Source: an uncultured Candidatus Saccharibacteria bacterium (GTDB taxonomy: Bacteria > Patescibacteriota > UBA1384 > CAILIB01 > JAUSJZ01). Taken from it: a DNA stretch of 64,000 bases. Position numbers and translations under genes: made by a program. Location: the NCBI GenBank assembly GCA_964421635.1, contig CAYQWZ010000006.1, positions 165 to 64,164 on the forward strand, given 5' to 3'. Within the stretch, counting starts at the first letter, position 1; each line of letters begins with the position of its first letter. Of this stretch, positions 9,098-18,309 are shown piece after piece. The notes under the pieces are model-generated. The model had not been told where the DNA came from, did no database searches, and worked only from the letters and a program-made list of their open reading frames with translations.

Positions 9098-9538
9098 ATG
9101 ACAGATTTTGTAGTTAAACCGCAACTAGATGAAAATCCTCTTGGGGAAGGGGCAAAAAAGGATTTTGCACCGGCGTCGAAACAGGTGCCCAAAATTGGTG
9201 CCAGTCAGAATCTAGATGAAATTCCAGAGCAAAAAGCGAATGAAGGAGGATTTTTGGTTAATCCGGCGGGGGTGCCCAAGGAACAAGATTCAGCCGAAAA
9301 TGCGGCCGAAAAATTTAATAAAAGAGATAAGGTACGGGTGCAATCCAGAGCTCAGGCTTATGATCCTTATTCTAGAGAGAATTTCTATATCTCTGCTCAT
9401 TCGATGGGGGTGGTGGTGCCCAGTTTAGATCCGCGAGGAGTGTTAAAAAACAATGTCACTATAATGTTGACCTCGCCAGACAACGGTAGTGGGCGAATTG
9501 TGCAAATTGAAGCAAGGCATTTAGTAAAACAGAGCTAA
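9098..9538 (+). CDS. Hypothetical protein
   Basis: Open frame. ATG 9098 sits 7 nt after TAAAAT. No family recognised. Confidence 0.55.
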   Translation: MTDFVVKPQLDENPLGEGAKKDFAPASKQVPKIGASQNLDEIPEQKANEGGFLVNPAGVPKEQDSAENAAEKFNKRDKVRVQSRAQAYDPYSRENFYISAHSMGVVVPSLDPRGVLKNNVTIMLTSPDNGSGRIVQIEARHLVKQS

Positions 9539-9643
9539 CAAACGGTTATTGAATTTAAGGATATCTTTTGTAGAAGCGCTGAAAAAAGGGCAGCAGTAAT
9601 TTACTTATTGACGAAGATTACAAAAAAATGACAAAATAGTTAG

Positions 9644-9814
9644 GTGTCAATAATTGCCAACAGGCAAGACACAGAAGAAGTAATAGAAGAAGATGAAGAT
9701 GATATTGAGGATGTTGATGGGGCGGCCAAGAAGAAGAAAGCCGCGTCTATTTATTGCCGGATTCGAGTTCAGGCGGTACTTCGCCACTCGTGGGCGGTAG
9801 ATTCGCGGTGCTAG
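9644..9814 (+). CDS. Uncalled 56-aa peptide with an acidic tract followed by a basic tract
   Basis: GTG is 6 nt after TTGACG-N18-CAAAAT. Translation: VSIIANRQDTEEVIEEDEDDIEDVDGAAKKKKAASIYCRIRVQAVLRHSWAVDSRC. A terminator follows the stop directly. Confidence 0.5.
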   Translation: MSIIANRQDTEEVIEEDEDDIEDVDGAAKKKKAASIYCRIRVQAVLRHSWAVDSRC

Positions 9815-9843
9815 GCGCCGGCTCGCTGAGTCGGCGTTTTTTT
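9815..9843 (+). terminator. Intrinsic terminator
   Basis: gcgccggctc-gct-gagtcggcgt followed by a T-run. Confidence 0.8.
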
Positions 9844-9990
9844 AATGGCAATCATATTGACAACAGTTAATTATAACGGTTGAATGGCAGTACGGATGCA
9901 GATTAGTCGGCTAATCTGTTTTGAACCTTCCTTGCGAGTAAATTGTTTCCCGCCATCGGGCGGAGGAAATGATTTACCGAGGAGAACAAC

Positions 9991-10779
9991 ATGAGTAGAC
10001 CGAGACCGTGTACATTGGTAACCGCGATGGGCTTGGGTGCGAATTTCTTTTCTTCAATGGCTAAGCTTCTGGCACCATTTTGTGGTGATGTTCCGAGCAA
10101 TGTTGATGCTTTGCTGCGGTTTGCTTGCACGGGTGTCAGCGATGATAACGCTGAATTGCTGACAAGGTTGATGGTTATCTTGGTTGACTTTGACCCTGAG
10201 TCGAGTTGGCAAGCGATAAATCCTTGTAGAAACGAATTTTTAGTATCTAGCCATAAAGAAGCGATGGTCCGGTATGGAGAATGGCCGCGTGAAGGTGATA
10301 GGGATATACCATTTAGATTGATTTCGCTGGCTGGGAAAGGTCTTCTAATCAACATTGGACCAGATCAATATGAGCCTAGACCTGATACTGGTGAGATGAA
10401 TTACGATAGCTTGGTCAGTTCTCTTTCACTTTTTCACACAGGAATGTTTCAGTTTGCTTATCCGGTTGAAGTGTTGGGTTGTTTGATAGCAAAACTAAGA
10501 AAAGCTAAGTTTGTAGACGAAGACCCCAATGCTTGGCGACAAATGCGAACAGAGCTGCTTGCTCTGGGAGCAGTGACAGACCTTGGTCATGGGCCTCTAG
10601 TTGACACAAATCACTTTAGGCAAGCTTACGATACTGAGAGAAGGTTGGGGAGTTTTTACTTTGTTGGTATCAGGGTAGTCGATGAGTTGACTCTGCTTTG
10701 TTCTTTGCACGCCTGTGACCAACCGATAACGGAAGATCAGGTTGTGCCTCTGGTGGTAAGGGATTCTTTCTACCGTTAA
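9991..10779 (+). CDS. Orphan hypothetical protein
   Basis: 262-aa ORF with SD GAGGAG, an upstream TTGACA and a downstream terminator. Confidence 0.65.
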   Translation: MSRPRPCTLVTAMGLGANFFSSMAKLLAPFCGDVPSNVDALLRFACTGVSDDNAELLTRLMVILVDFDPESSWQAINPCRNEFLVSSHKEAMVRYGEWPREGDRDIPFRLISLAGKGLLINIGPDQYEPRPDTGEMNYDSLVSSLSLFHTGMFQFAYPVEVLGCLIAKLRKAKFVDEDPNAWRQMRTELLALGAVTDLGHGPLVDTNHFRQAYDTERRLGSFYFVGIRVVDELTLLCSLHACDQPITEDQVVPLVVRDSFYR

Positions 10780-10800
10780 TCCTTCCGTTTCGAACTTCGG

Positions 10801-10827
10801 CCTCGAGCACGCGCTTGGGGTTTTTTT
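10801..10827 (+). terminator. Intrinsic terminator
   Basis: cctcgagc-acgc-gcttgggg followed by T7. Confidence 0.75.
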
Positions 10828-10856
10828 ATTTTCTGAAATTACCATAGAATGTAATT

Positions 10857-11129
10857 ATGCAAAGATTAACAGCAAAAATTTACGGTCAGGTACAAGGAGT
10901 TTTTTATCGGCGGTTTGTAACTAAGGGAGCGCGGAAACTGAATTTGACCGGCTGGGTTAAAAATACCGAAGATGGCGCGGTCGAAATAATGGCCGAAGGA
11001 ACAGAAGAGAATCTATTACTTTTTTTAGACAGTCTGCACGAAGGGTCACCCGCTTCGCAAGTTGAGCGAGTAGAAGACGAATGGCAGGCGGCCACGGGCG
11101 AGTTCCCAAACTTTCAACAGTTATGCTAG
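10857..11129 (+). CDS. acyP: Acylphosphatase
   Basis: GQVQGVFYR and GWVKNTEDGAVE. Confidence 0.92.
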   Translation: MQRLTAKIYGQVQGVFYRRFVTKGARKLNLTGWVKNTEDGAVEIMAEGTEENLLLFLDSLHEGSPASQVERVEDEWQAATGEFPNFQQLC

Positions 11130-11141
11130 AGTTAAACCGGT

Positions 11142-12572
11142 ATGACCGATAAGAAAAAAGATAAATTTTATATTACCACCGCCATTCCTTATATGAATGC
11201 CCAAATCCATGTGGGTAATTCTTTGGAGTATGTACAAACCGATTGTATTGCGCGAGCGGCTCGGCTAGCTGGTCTTAAAACTTGGTTTTTGACGGGCACG
11301 GACGAGCATGGTCAAAAAATTGCCGATACCGCTAAAGCCAATAAATTAGAGCCAGCTGAATTTGTGCAGCAGAATGTCGATTACTTTCAGAAAGCACTCA
11401 AACACCTCAATATTTCTAACGACGATTTTATTCGCACGACAGATAAGAAGCGCCACTGGCCCGTAGTGAAAGCGTTTTGGAATAAACTGAAAAAAAATGG
11501 TGACATCTACGAAAAAGAGTATGAAGGATTATACTGCGTCGGATGCGAGAGTTTCATTTCTAAAAGCGAGCTAGGCTCAGACGGAAACTGCACAATCCAT
11601 AAAAAAAAACCAGAACTAGTCAAAGAGCAGAATTACTTTTTTAAACTGTCTAAATATGAAGATGAGATTTTAGACTTTTTAGAGCACCATGTTGAGCCCC
11701 GCTGGCGAGCCAACGAGATGATAAACTTTGTCAAAGAAGGATTAGAGGACATTTCATTCTCGCGGCCGAAAGAGAAATTAAGCTGGGGAATTCCGGTGCC
11801 AAACGATGACTCGCAGGTAATTTATGTTTGGTGTGATGCGCTAGTTAATTATCTATCCGCCGTTTCAACGGTGAAAGATAACGAAATTATTCCTAATGAG
11901 TACTGGCCAGCTGATATTCATGTGGTCGGCAAAGATATCGTCAAATTTCACACGCTGTACTGGCCAGCTATGCTTACTTCTGTTGGGCTGCCGTTGCCGG
12001 AAAAAGTTTTAATTCACGGATTTATCACTATTAACGGGCATAAAATTAGCAAATCTTTAGGCAATGTTATTTCACCTATGCAGGCTACGGAAAAGTTTGG
12101 AGTAGATGCGCTGCGTTACTACTTTTTGCGTGAAATTCCGACCGTCGATGACGGTGATTTTTCCTTTGACCATTTGGCGGAAATTTACAATGGTGTCTTA
12201 GCCGACAGCCTAGGTAATTTGGTGCAGCGACTTTTGGTAATGGCTAATAAATATGAAGTAAAATGGCAGTTTGCAAAGTTAGAGCCGGATGCCGAAATTT
12301 TACGCACAGTTTACAAAGAGTTAAAAATACAAAAGGCAATTGGCGCATTATTTTCCCAAATTGATAATTTGAATAAGGAAATTCAAGAGTTAGCCCCGTG
12401 GGAACTGTTCAAGACGGATGCAGAAAAAACTAGAATTGAGCTAGAATATTTGCTGTCAAAGTTAGCGGTGATAGCAGTAACCTTGGAACCGTTTATGCCA
12501 GCTACTGCAGTTGAAATTCAAAAACAGCTAGAAACTAGAGAGCCAAAACCGATCTTTAATAAAGTACAATAG
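11142..12572 (+). CDS. metG: Methionine--tRNA ligase (short form)
   Basis: YITTAIPYMN..HVGN, TGTDEHGQK, YVWCDAL, GKDI and KISKS. Confidence 0.95.
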   Translation: MTDKKKDKFYITTAIPYMNAQIHVGNSLEYVQTDCIARAARLAGLKTWFLTGTDEHGQKIADTAKANKLEPAEFVQQNVDYFQKALKHLNISNDDFIRTTDKKRHWPVVKAFWNKLKKNGDIYEKEYEGLYCVGCESFISKSELGSDGNCTIHKKKPELVKEQNYFFKLSKYEDEILDFLEHHVEPRWRANEMINFVKEGLEDISFSRPKEKLSWGIPVPNDDSQVIYVWCDALVNYLSAVSTVKDNEIIPNEYWPADIHVVGKDIVKFHTLYWPAMLTSVGLPLPEKVLIHGFITINGHKISKSLGNVISPMQATEKFGVDALRYYFLREIPTVDDGDFSFDHLAEIYNGVLADSLGNLVQRLLVMANKYEVKWQFAKLEPDAEILRTVYKELKIQKAIGALFSQIDNLNKEIQELAPWELFKTDAEKTRIELEYLLSKLAVIAVTLEPFMPATAVEIQKQLETREPKPIFNKVQ

Positions 12573-12576
12573 AATC

Positions 12577-13425
12577 ATGAATCCTTTTTTATTACAGGTC
12601 ATTGCGACCGCGTTGTTTGCGGTTGCTTTAGTTAAAGATAAAAGCAACATTTCTCGCTTCAAAATAAAACCGCGTGAGTATACCTTTATGGTCTTCTCTT
12701 ACTTGGTTGTTTTTTCAGCTGTGGTTGCTTTTTTTACGGCTGACATCCACTGGTCTTTGCTAGCCCAGCCTAAATATTATTTTGGATTTATCGCGCTGGT
12801 AGTTTTGGCTTTCGGTTGGAATAAACTTTTTTATTACTTTGAAGACCGCGAGCAGCTGCAAGATTTTGAAGTCGTTAACTTAACTGTTCCGGCTTTTACG
12901 GCGCTTCTGGGTGGAATTGTTTTTCCTGAAGAGCGTAGCTTAATTGTTTTCGTTGGTGTAATAGTATCACTTATAGCACTATATATGGCACGCGCGCATC
13001 TGCGTCAGTTTAAAATTAACAAATACACTAAAACGATGCTTTTTATGGTGGTGGTGATGGCCGCCGAGACAGTACTGAGAAAAGTTTTGTTAGATGTGTT
13101 TGATCCGGCGACGCTATATTTCTTTAGAGTTTTATTTGTTTGGTTTTTACTCTATCTGTTTTATCGGCCGTGTCGTTTACCACGAGATCTTAAAGTTTGG
13201 GGACATACTGCAATCTCTAATATTTTTGGAGTAACAGCTATGATTATTATGTTTTACGGATACATAGAAATTGGTGTGATTTTAACTACCATGGTCTTTT
13301 TATTAAATCCTATATTAGTTTACATACTTGATTCATTCGTTTTGAAAGAGAAAATTCGAATGAAAAATATTTATGCTTCATTAGTGATCTTAGCGGCTAT
13401 CACACTTGTTGCTATATTAAGTTAA
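12577..13425 (+). CDS. DMT/EamA-like membrane transporter
   Basis: About 10 TM helices in two repeats; LKEKI near the C-terminus. Confidence 0.65.
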   Translation: MNPFLLQVIATALFAVALVKDKSNISRFKIKPREYTFMVFSYLVVFSAVVAFFTADIHWSLLAQPKYYFGFIALVVLAFGWNKLFYYFEDREQLQDFEVVNLTVPAFTALLGGIVFPEERSLIVFVGVIVSLIALYMARAHLRQFKINKYTKTMLFMVVVMAAETVLRKVLLDVFDPATLYFFRVLFVWFLLYLFYRPCRLPRDLKVWGHTAISNIFGVTAMIIMFYGYIEIGVILTTMVFLLNPILVYILDSFVLKEKIRMKNIYASLVILAAITLVAILS

Positions 13426-14207
13426 TGGTAGACACACATTGTCATTTAGATTTTGATCCATTCAATTATCATGAGGTGGAGTTTTTGAAGCGCGCGGCGG
13501 CCAGAGGTGTGACTACGATAATAAACCCAGGGACGGGCTTAATTGAATCGGAGCGCGCGGTTGCTTTGGCGCGGAAATTTCCCAATGTTTATGCGGCGGT
13601 TGGTATTCATCCGACTTCGGCCCGTGGATTTGACATTACTATGGCCGAAACTTTTCGCGGTTTAGCTGAGCGGGAAAAAGTGGTAGCTATTGGTGAAGTA
13701 GGATTAGACTATTTTCAACTCAAAAATAAACCAGACGAAGTGCCGCCAGCTCGCGAGCAGCAAATAGTTTTTGAACAGTTCTGCTCGCTTGCTGCAGATT
13801 TAAAATTGCCTGTCATTGTTCATTCTCGCGAAGCTATAGAAGACGCTCTACAAATTGCCAAAGGATACATTAGGGATATCAACTTCGTCTTTCACTCTTT
13901 TGACGGCACCCGCGCTCAGGCAGCTGCTATTTTAGACGCGGGTGCCTACATTGGCGTCAACAATATGATTTCGTACCCGAAAAACGAAGAGCTGCGGCGT
14001 ATTGTTAAAGAAATTCCACTTGATAAAATTCTATTAGAAACAGATGCGCCATTTTTGCCACCACAAGAGAGGCGAGGCGAGCACGCCGAGCCGGCCGATG
14101 CAGCTAATGTGGCCGAAGTAATTGCGGAAATTCGAAATATTACTGTGCCAATAGTTGAACGATCAACTAATAACGCTGTCAAAACAGTTTTTAATATAGA
14201 GGTCTAG
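13425..14207 (+). CDS. tatD: TatD family DNase
   Basis: DTHCHLD, VGIHP, AIGEVGLDY, HSR and LLETDAP. Confidence 0.93.
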   Translation: MVDTHCHLDFDPFNYHEVEFLKRAAARGVTTIINPGTGLIESERAVALARKFPNVYAAVGIHPTSARGFDITMAETFRGLAEREKVVAIGEVGLDYFQLKNKPDEVPPAREQQIVFEQFCSLAADLKLPVIVHSREAIEDALQIAKGYIRDINFVFHSFDGTRAQAAAILDAGAYIGVNNMISYPKNEELRRIVKEIPLDKILLETDAPFLPPQERRGEHAEPADAANVAEVIAEIRNITVPIVERSTNNAVKTVFNIEV

Positions 14208-14566
14208 ACAGTTTTTTCGCTGAGAGTGGCGGAGAATTTGAATTTATAAACTTTTCCGTCTGGCATCTCAATCTCAGATTTACCAACTTTTGAAAAATGA
14301 ACAGCTAATTCTTGCGATAATATTTCGCGTTCTTCTCGTAACTCTTTGGCTGTCTCTTTCATCTTCTCTTTTAATTTGGCGGTCTTTGGCTCATTTAAAA
14401 TTTGGTCTTTCACCAGATTGTATTCACGCGTCATGTGTTTTTTTTGCTCTTTTAGTTCGCGATATTCATCACTGTTTTCTAAAGTGTCATCAATCATATT
14501 CTTCAGCTCTTTAGCCTCGGTTTTTAGTTTCTCAATAATCGCAATCCGTTTAGTTGTTGATGACAT
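14204..14566 (-). CDS. Coiled-coil hypothetical protein
   Basis: 120-aa charged helical ORF with host-like composition. Confidence 0.7.
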   Translation of the reverse strand: MSSTTKRIAIIEKLKTEAKELKNMIDDTLENSDEYRELKEQKKHMTREYNLVKDQILNEPKTAKLKEKMKETAKELREEREILSQELAVHFSKVGKSEIEMPDGKVYKFKFSATLSEKTV

Positions 14567-14647
14567 AATTAGAATTTATTTTTACAAGTTTCAGTATAGC
14601 AAAAGGATTGAGAGGAGATAATTTATATATGATAAACTAAAGTCACT

Positions 14648-15328
14648 ATGAAAAACGAAAATACAGTCATTGTGGCAATTGTTATTGCCACCGTAATAAT
14701 TTTAGGAAGTCTAATATTTATTGGTAATCGTTCGGCTGACTCTTCATCATCAGCTAGTTCAGCTGCCGAAGAAGTGCAAAATTTTTCAGAAGATTTAGAG
14801 ATAGGCGACATATATAATGAGGGTGATTATATGAGCGGCAATATTGACGCCAAAGTAGCCATCGTTGAATTTTCAGATTTTGAATGTCCTTACTGTATTC
14901 TCGCTCATCCGGAGATAAAAAATTTGCGTGATCGTTTTTCTGAAGATGATTTGCTAATTGTATTTCGCCATATTCCGTTAGTGGAAATTCACGAACAAGC
15001 TTACCCAGCGGCGATTGCTGCTCAAGCGGCTACCAATCAAGGGAAATTTAGTGAGTTTGCCGACGCACTGTTTGCTAATTCGGCTAATCTTTCCGAATCC
15101 TTCTATTTAGAGCTGGCACAAGATTTGGGGCTTAATATTGATCAGTTCAATGTTGATAGAGAATCTGAAGAAACGAAGTGGCAGGCTTATCGGGCACGCG
15201 ATTTTATTGATAAAATAGGATTCGACTTAGTAACGCCAACAATCTTTTTGAATAATCGTGAATATCAGGGGGAGCGAACTACAGATGCTATGGCGGAAGC
15301 CATTGAGCTTGAACTTGCTCAAGAATAA
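14648..15328 (+). CDS. Membrane-anchored DsbA-family thioredoxin-fold protein
   Basis: EFSDFECPYC, FRHIPL and the cis-Pro motif TPT. Confidence 0.88.
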   Translation: MKNENTVIVAIVIATVIILGSLIFIGNRSADSSSSASSAAEEVQNFSEDLEIGDIYNEGDYMSGNIDAKVAIVEFSDFECPYCILAHPEIKNLRDRFSEDDLLIVFRHIPLVEIHEQAYPAAIAAQAATNQGKFSEFADALFANSANLSESFYLELAQDLGLNIDQFNVDRESEETKWQAYRARDFIDKIGFDLVTPTIFLNNREYQGERTTDAMAEAIELELAQE

Positions 15329-15342
15329 TATTAAAGAAGTAT

Positions 15343-15492
15343 ATGAAGAAGCAGCTTGGAGGAGAGTTATCTTCTGAGGTTGAAGTAATGTTGTCGCAAG
15401 AAGGTTTGAATGCTGCTATGTCGCTAGCGTTTGGCATGCTTGCTAATGAAGGATTTGACCCAGAAGAAGTCTTAGCTGAAATGTTTGAATAA
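15343..15492 (+). CDS. Uncalled 49-aa acidic protein MKKQLGGELSSEVEVMLSQEGLNAAMSLAFGMLANEGFDPEEVLAEMFE
   Basis: Fills the gap 14 nt after dsbA and has a protein-like composition. Confidence 0.45.
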   Translation: MKKQLGGELSSEVEVMLSQEGLNAAMSLAFGMLANEGFDPEEVLAEMFE

Positions 15493-15544
15493 GGTTGATT
15501 ATTCAAATTATTTTATTTATACTTTTCGTGAGAGGAGCTAGGGT

Positions 15545-15814
15545 ATGTGGGAGGAACATGAGCAGACAGTAATAACACTCCGAAGGTTGTGGTTAATGCT
15601 TTCTGATTGCGAAGGATGGCCTGCACTTCTCGGTGTTTTGACTGCTTTTATTTTGTTGGTTTGGGCAGCGAACCATTCGTCAACGATAGTAGCTGTAATA
15701 GCTATCGCTGTATTGTCTATATGCTTGGTTGTTTTGCCAATTGTTACTCATTGCGTCTACATCAAATACGATGCGGCCAGACGAGGCTCAATGCCACCTT
15801 CTCATGGAAGGTAG
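15545..15814 (+). CDS. Orphan small membrane protein (2 TM)
   Basis: Promoter TTGATT-N17-TATACT at 15495-15523, SD GAGGAG and its own terminator. Confidence 0.65.
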   Translation: MWEEHEQTVITLRRLWLMLSDCEGWPALLGVLTAFILLVWAANHSSTIVAVIAIAVLSICLVVLPIVTHCVYIKYDAARRGSMPPSHGR

Positions 15815-15822
15815 CGTAACTT

Positions 15823-15853
15823 ACCCGTAGCTAATTCAGCTGGCGGGTTTTTT
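15823..15853 (+). terminator. Intrinsic terminator
   Basis: acccgt-agct-aattc-agct-g-gcgggt followed by a T-run. Confidence 0.75.
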
Positions 15854-15903
15854 AGTTGCCAAAAGTTGAATAATTGCTATGGTAGCAGAAGGAGGTGAGG
15901 AAT

Positions 15904-16431
15904 ATGACACAGGAACGGGAACCAATCCTCTTTGAGACAGTAGAGCCCGCGGAAGTAGAGATCGAAGACCGAGTCGTAGCTGGCCGAATAGAACAGGTCA
16001 CAGTTGCTCGCAGACAGCTTGAAGCGCTGGAAAGCTCTTTGAGGAATTTGAGGGAACAGTGCGGGGAGATAGGACATACTTGGACACGCTTGGTAAAAGA
16101 TAGACCATTGACGCTATCTATTACTCCAATCGGCGATGGCAGTTGGCGAATGATGGATCTTGATTACTTCGCACCACATATGGTCTGTACCAAGTGTGGA
16201 ATAGAGCAGACTCTTGAAGTTGGTGAGCTGTGTCCAATCTGTTTGACAGGAATGCGATCATTCCCTATTTCAGATCGTCGAAGAGCTGATGAATCTGATC
16301 AAATTCAAGCCTGTCTAAATGGTAGACTTACTCATCTTACTTGGCCAGAAAATACTCCACTTTCCTATTACGTTTGCGAGCGGTGCAGAGTGTTTGTCTG
16401 GAGGGTGCACAAAAGGCCGCGGGATCAGTAG
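15904..16431 (+). CDS. Orphan coiled-coil + zinc-finger protein
   Basis: SD AAGGAGGTGAG precedes ATG 15904. Motifs C.EIGH, CTKC, CPIC and CERC. Confidence 0.65.
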   Translation: MTQEREPILFETVEPAEVEIEDRVVAGRIEQVTVARRQLEALESSLRNLREQCGEIGHTWTRLVKDRPLTLSITPIGDGSWRMMDLDYFAPHMVCTKCGIEQTLEVGELCPICLTGMRSFPISDRRRADESDQIQACLNGRLTHLTWPENTPLSYYVCERCRVFVWRVHKRPRDQ

Positions 16432-16444
16432 AGCGTACAATCTT

Positions 16445-16475
16445 ACCCGTTCGGCCAATAGGTCGGCGGGTTTTT
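16445..16475 (+). terminator. Intrinsic terminator, same outer stem as the one at 15823
   Basis: acccgt-t-cggcc-aata-ggtcg-gcgggt followed by a T-run. Confidence 0.75.
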
Positions 16476-16492
16476 AAATATAAGATTTTTAG

Positions 16493-17650
16493 TTGAAAAA
16501 TAACCAAATTTTGGCTAAACTAGCTGCGATGTCAGATAAGCCAAAGCAAAAAGTAATAGTAATGATGAGCGGCGGAGTAGATAGCTCTGTGGCCGCTTTG
16601 TTATTGAAAAAAGATGGCAATGATGTCGAGGGCGTTTTTATGAAAAACTGGAGTCCAAATAATTTGCAATCCCTAACAGATTGTCCTTGGAAGCAAGATT
16701 TGAAGGATGCAGAAGCGGTCGCCAAACAGCTAGATATTCCTTTTCGATCAGTCAATTTTGAGAAAGAGTATCGCTCTGAGGTGGTCGATTATTTCTTACG
16801 CGAATATAAAGCGGGGCGGACGCCAAATCCTGATGTGATGTGCAACAAAGCTATTAAGTTTGGCGCTTTCTATAAGTGGGCGCGGAAGCAGGGTGCCGAT
16901 TTTATAGCCACCGGTCATTACGCGCGGATTTTTGAAACTAGTGGGCAGAAACTTGTGTCGCGCGGAATTGATAAAAACAAAGATCAATCTTACTTTCTTT
17001 GGGCTATTAAGCCTGAAATTTTAAAGCATACTATATTTCCCATAGGTGAATTGAAAAAGACACAGGTACGACAAATTGCTAAAAAAGCCAAACTGAAAGT
17101 TGCTAACAAAAAAGATAGTCAGGGAATCTGTTTTATTGGCCATATAAATTTAGCTGAATTTTTACAAGCAGAGCTAGGTACTAAAGAAGGATTAGTTAAA
17201 ACTATCAAAGGCTCAATAGTCGGTCGTCATAGTGGCGCTCATATTTTAACCATTGGTCAGCGCCACGGCTTCGAAATTACTAATCCTAAAGCATTGGCCA
17301 AAGATCTAAATTTAGATGCTACTAATCTACCACCTTTATTTGTAATAGCTAAAGATATCGAGAAAAATGAAATAATAATTGGATCTCATAGTGAGGTGGA
17401 ACTGTTGCGAGATGAATTTATAGTTAAAGATGTCATTTGGCATCAAAAACCAAATCCTAATCAAAATTTGAAAGTACAAATTAGATATCGCGGTGTTGCT
17501 ATAAAATGTACAGTTGTGGATAAAGGAAGAAATATTATTGTTAAAAGTGTAAAAAAAATTCGAGCACTGGCACCGGGTCAGTTCGCCGTCTTTTATCAAT
17601 CAGATAATAAAAACGAATTTATAGTTGGCGGCGGTACTATAGTGGAATAA
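16493..17650 (+). CDS. mnmA: tRNA 2-thiouridylase MnmA
   Basis: MSGGVDSSV, TPNPDVMCN, ATGHYA, KDQSYFL, DSQGICF and PGQFAVFY. Confidence 0.96.
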   Translation: MKNNQILAKLAAMSDKPKQKVIVMMSGGVDSSVAALLLKKDGNDVEGVFMKNWSPNNLQSLTDCPWKQDLKDAEAVAKQLDIPFRSVNFEKEYRSEVVDYFLREYKAGRTPNPDVMCNKAIKFGAFYKWARKQGADFIATGHYARIFETSGQKLVSRGIDKNKDQSYFLWAIKPEILKHTIFPIGELKKTQVRQIAKKAKLKVANKKDSQGICFIGHINLAEFLQAELGTKEGLVKTIKGSIVGRHSGAHILTIGQRHGFEITNPKALAKDLNLDATNLPPLFVIAKDIEKNEIIIGSHSEVELLRDEFIVKDVIWHQKPNPNQNLKVQIRYRGVAIKCTVVDKGRNIIVKSVKKIRALAPGQFAVFYQSDNKNEFIVGGGTIVE

Positions 17651-17707
17651 TTTTTTACATAGCCAAATATTTGGTATACTTAGAAAGCTAAAAAGTAAAA
17701 ATTAGAA

Positions 17708-18217
17708 ATGAATAAAATTATTCAGTTGTTAATAGTTCTTGTGGTAATCGTTGGTGTTGGCTACGCTGCTTTTACTTCAATAGGTGGTGGTGGCTCAGAT
17801 TTAATCCCTTCATCTGATAAAGCAGCCAAAGAAGGATATTCAGCAGTTTTTCTAGATAACGATCAAGTATACTTTGGTAAGATCGCAACTTCGGGTAAAG
17901 TATTAATTCTTACAGACATATTTTATATCCGTTTGAATGACCCACAACCACAACAAGAAGGGGAAGAGGCTATTGAACCTCAGTTGACTTTAGTTAAGCT
18001 TGGAGAACAGATTCATGGCCCTGTAGATGAGATGCGCATTAATAAAGAACATGTTTTATTTGTTGAGCGCTTAACAGATGAGGCCACAGTTGTAAAAGCA
18101 ATCGCTGAATATAAAGATAGTCAGAAAAATTCTTCATCTGAAACTCCAATCAAGACGGAACCAGCTGCTGCTGAAACTCCTGCCGCTGACACGACTCCTG
18201 CTGATACAACTGAGTAA
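17708..18217 (+). CDS. Membrane-anchored hypothetical protein (Sm-like beta core)
   Basis: N-terminal TM and a YSAVFLDNDQVYFGK...LVKLGEQIHGP pattern that I recall from CPR genomes (from memory, not a search). Confidence 0.65.
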   Translation: MNKIIQLLIVLVVIVGVGYAAFTSIGGGGSDLIPSSDKAAKEGYSAVFLDNDQVYFGKIATSGKVLILTDIFYIRLNDPQPQQEGEEAIEPQLTLVKLGEQIHGPVDEMRINKEHVLFVERLTDEATVVKAIAEYKDSQKNSSSETPIKTEPAAAETPAADTTPADTTE

Positions 18218-18227
18218 TCATCATAAT

Positions 18228-18260
18228 AAAAAAGCATCCGTAAGTACTGGGTGCTTTTTT
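18228..18260. terminator. Bidirectional-type terminator
   Basis: A-run, gcatcc...gggtgc stem, T-run. Confidence 0.7.
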
Positions 18261-18309
18261 AACAGTCAAATTTAGCAGTCGAAAAAATTTAATTTGCTAG
18301 CATATATTT

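Noticed and set aside
15815-16480. Integron attC sites between the orphan cassettes
   Set aside because: The hairpins end in U-runs like terminators, lack clear RYYYAAC/GTTRRRY boxes, and no integrase is present.
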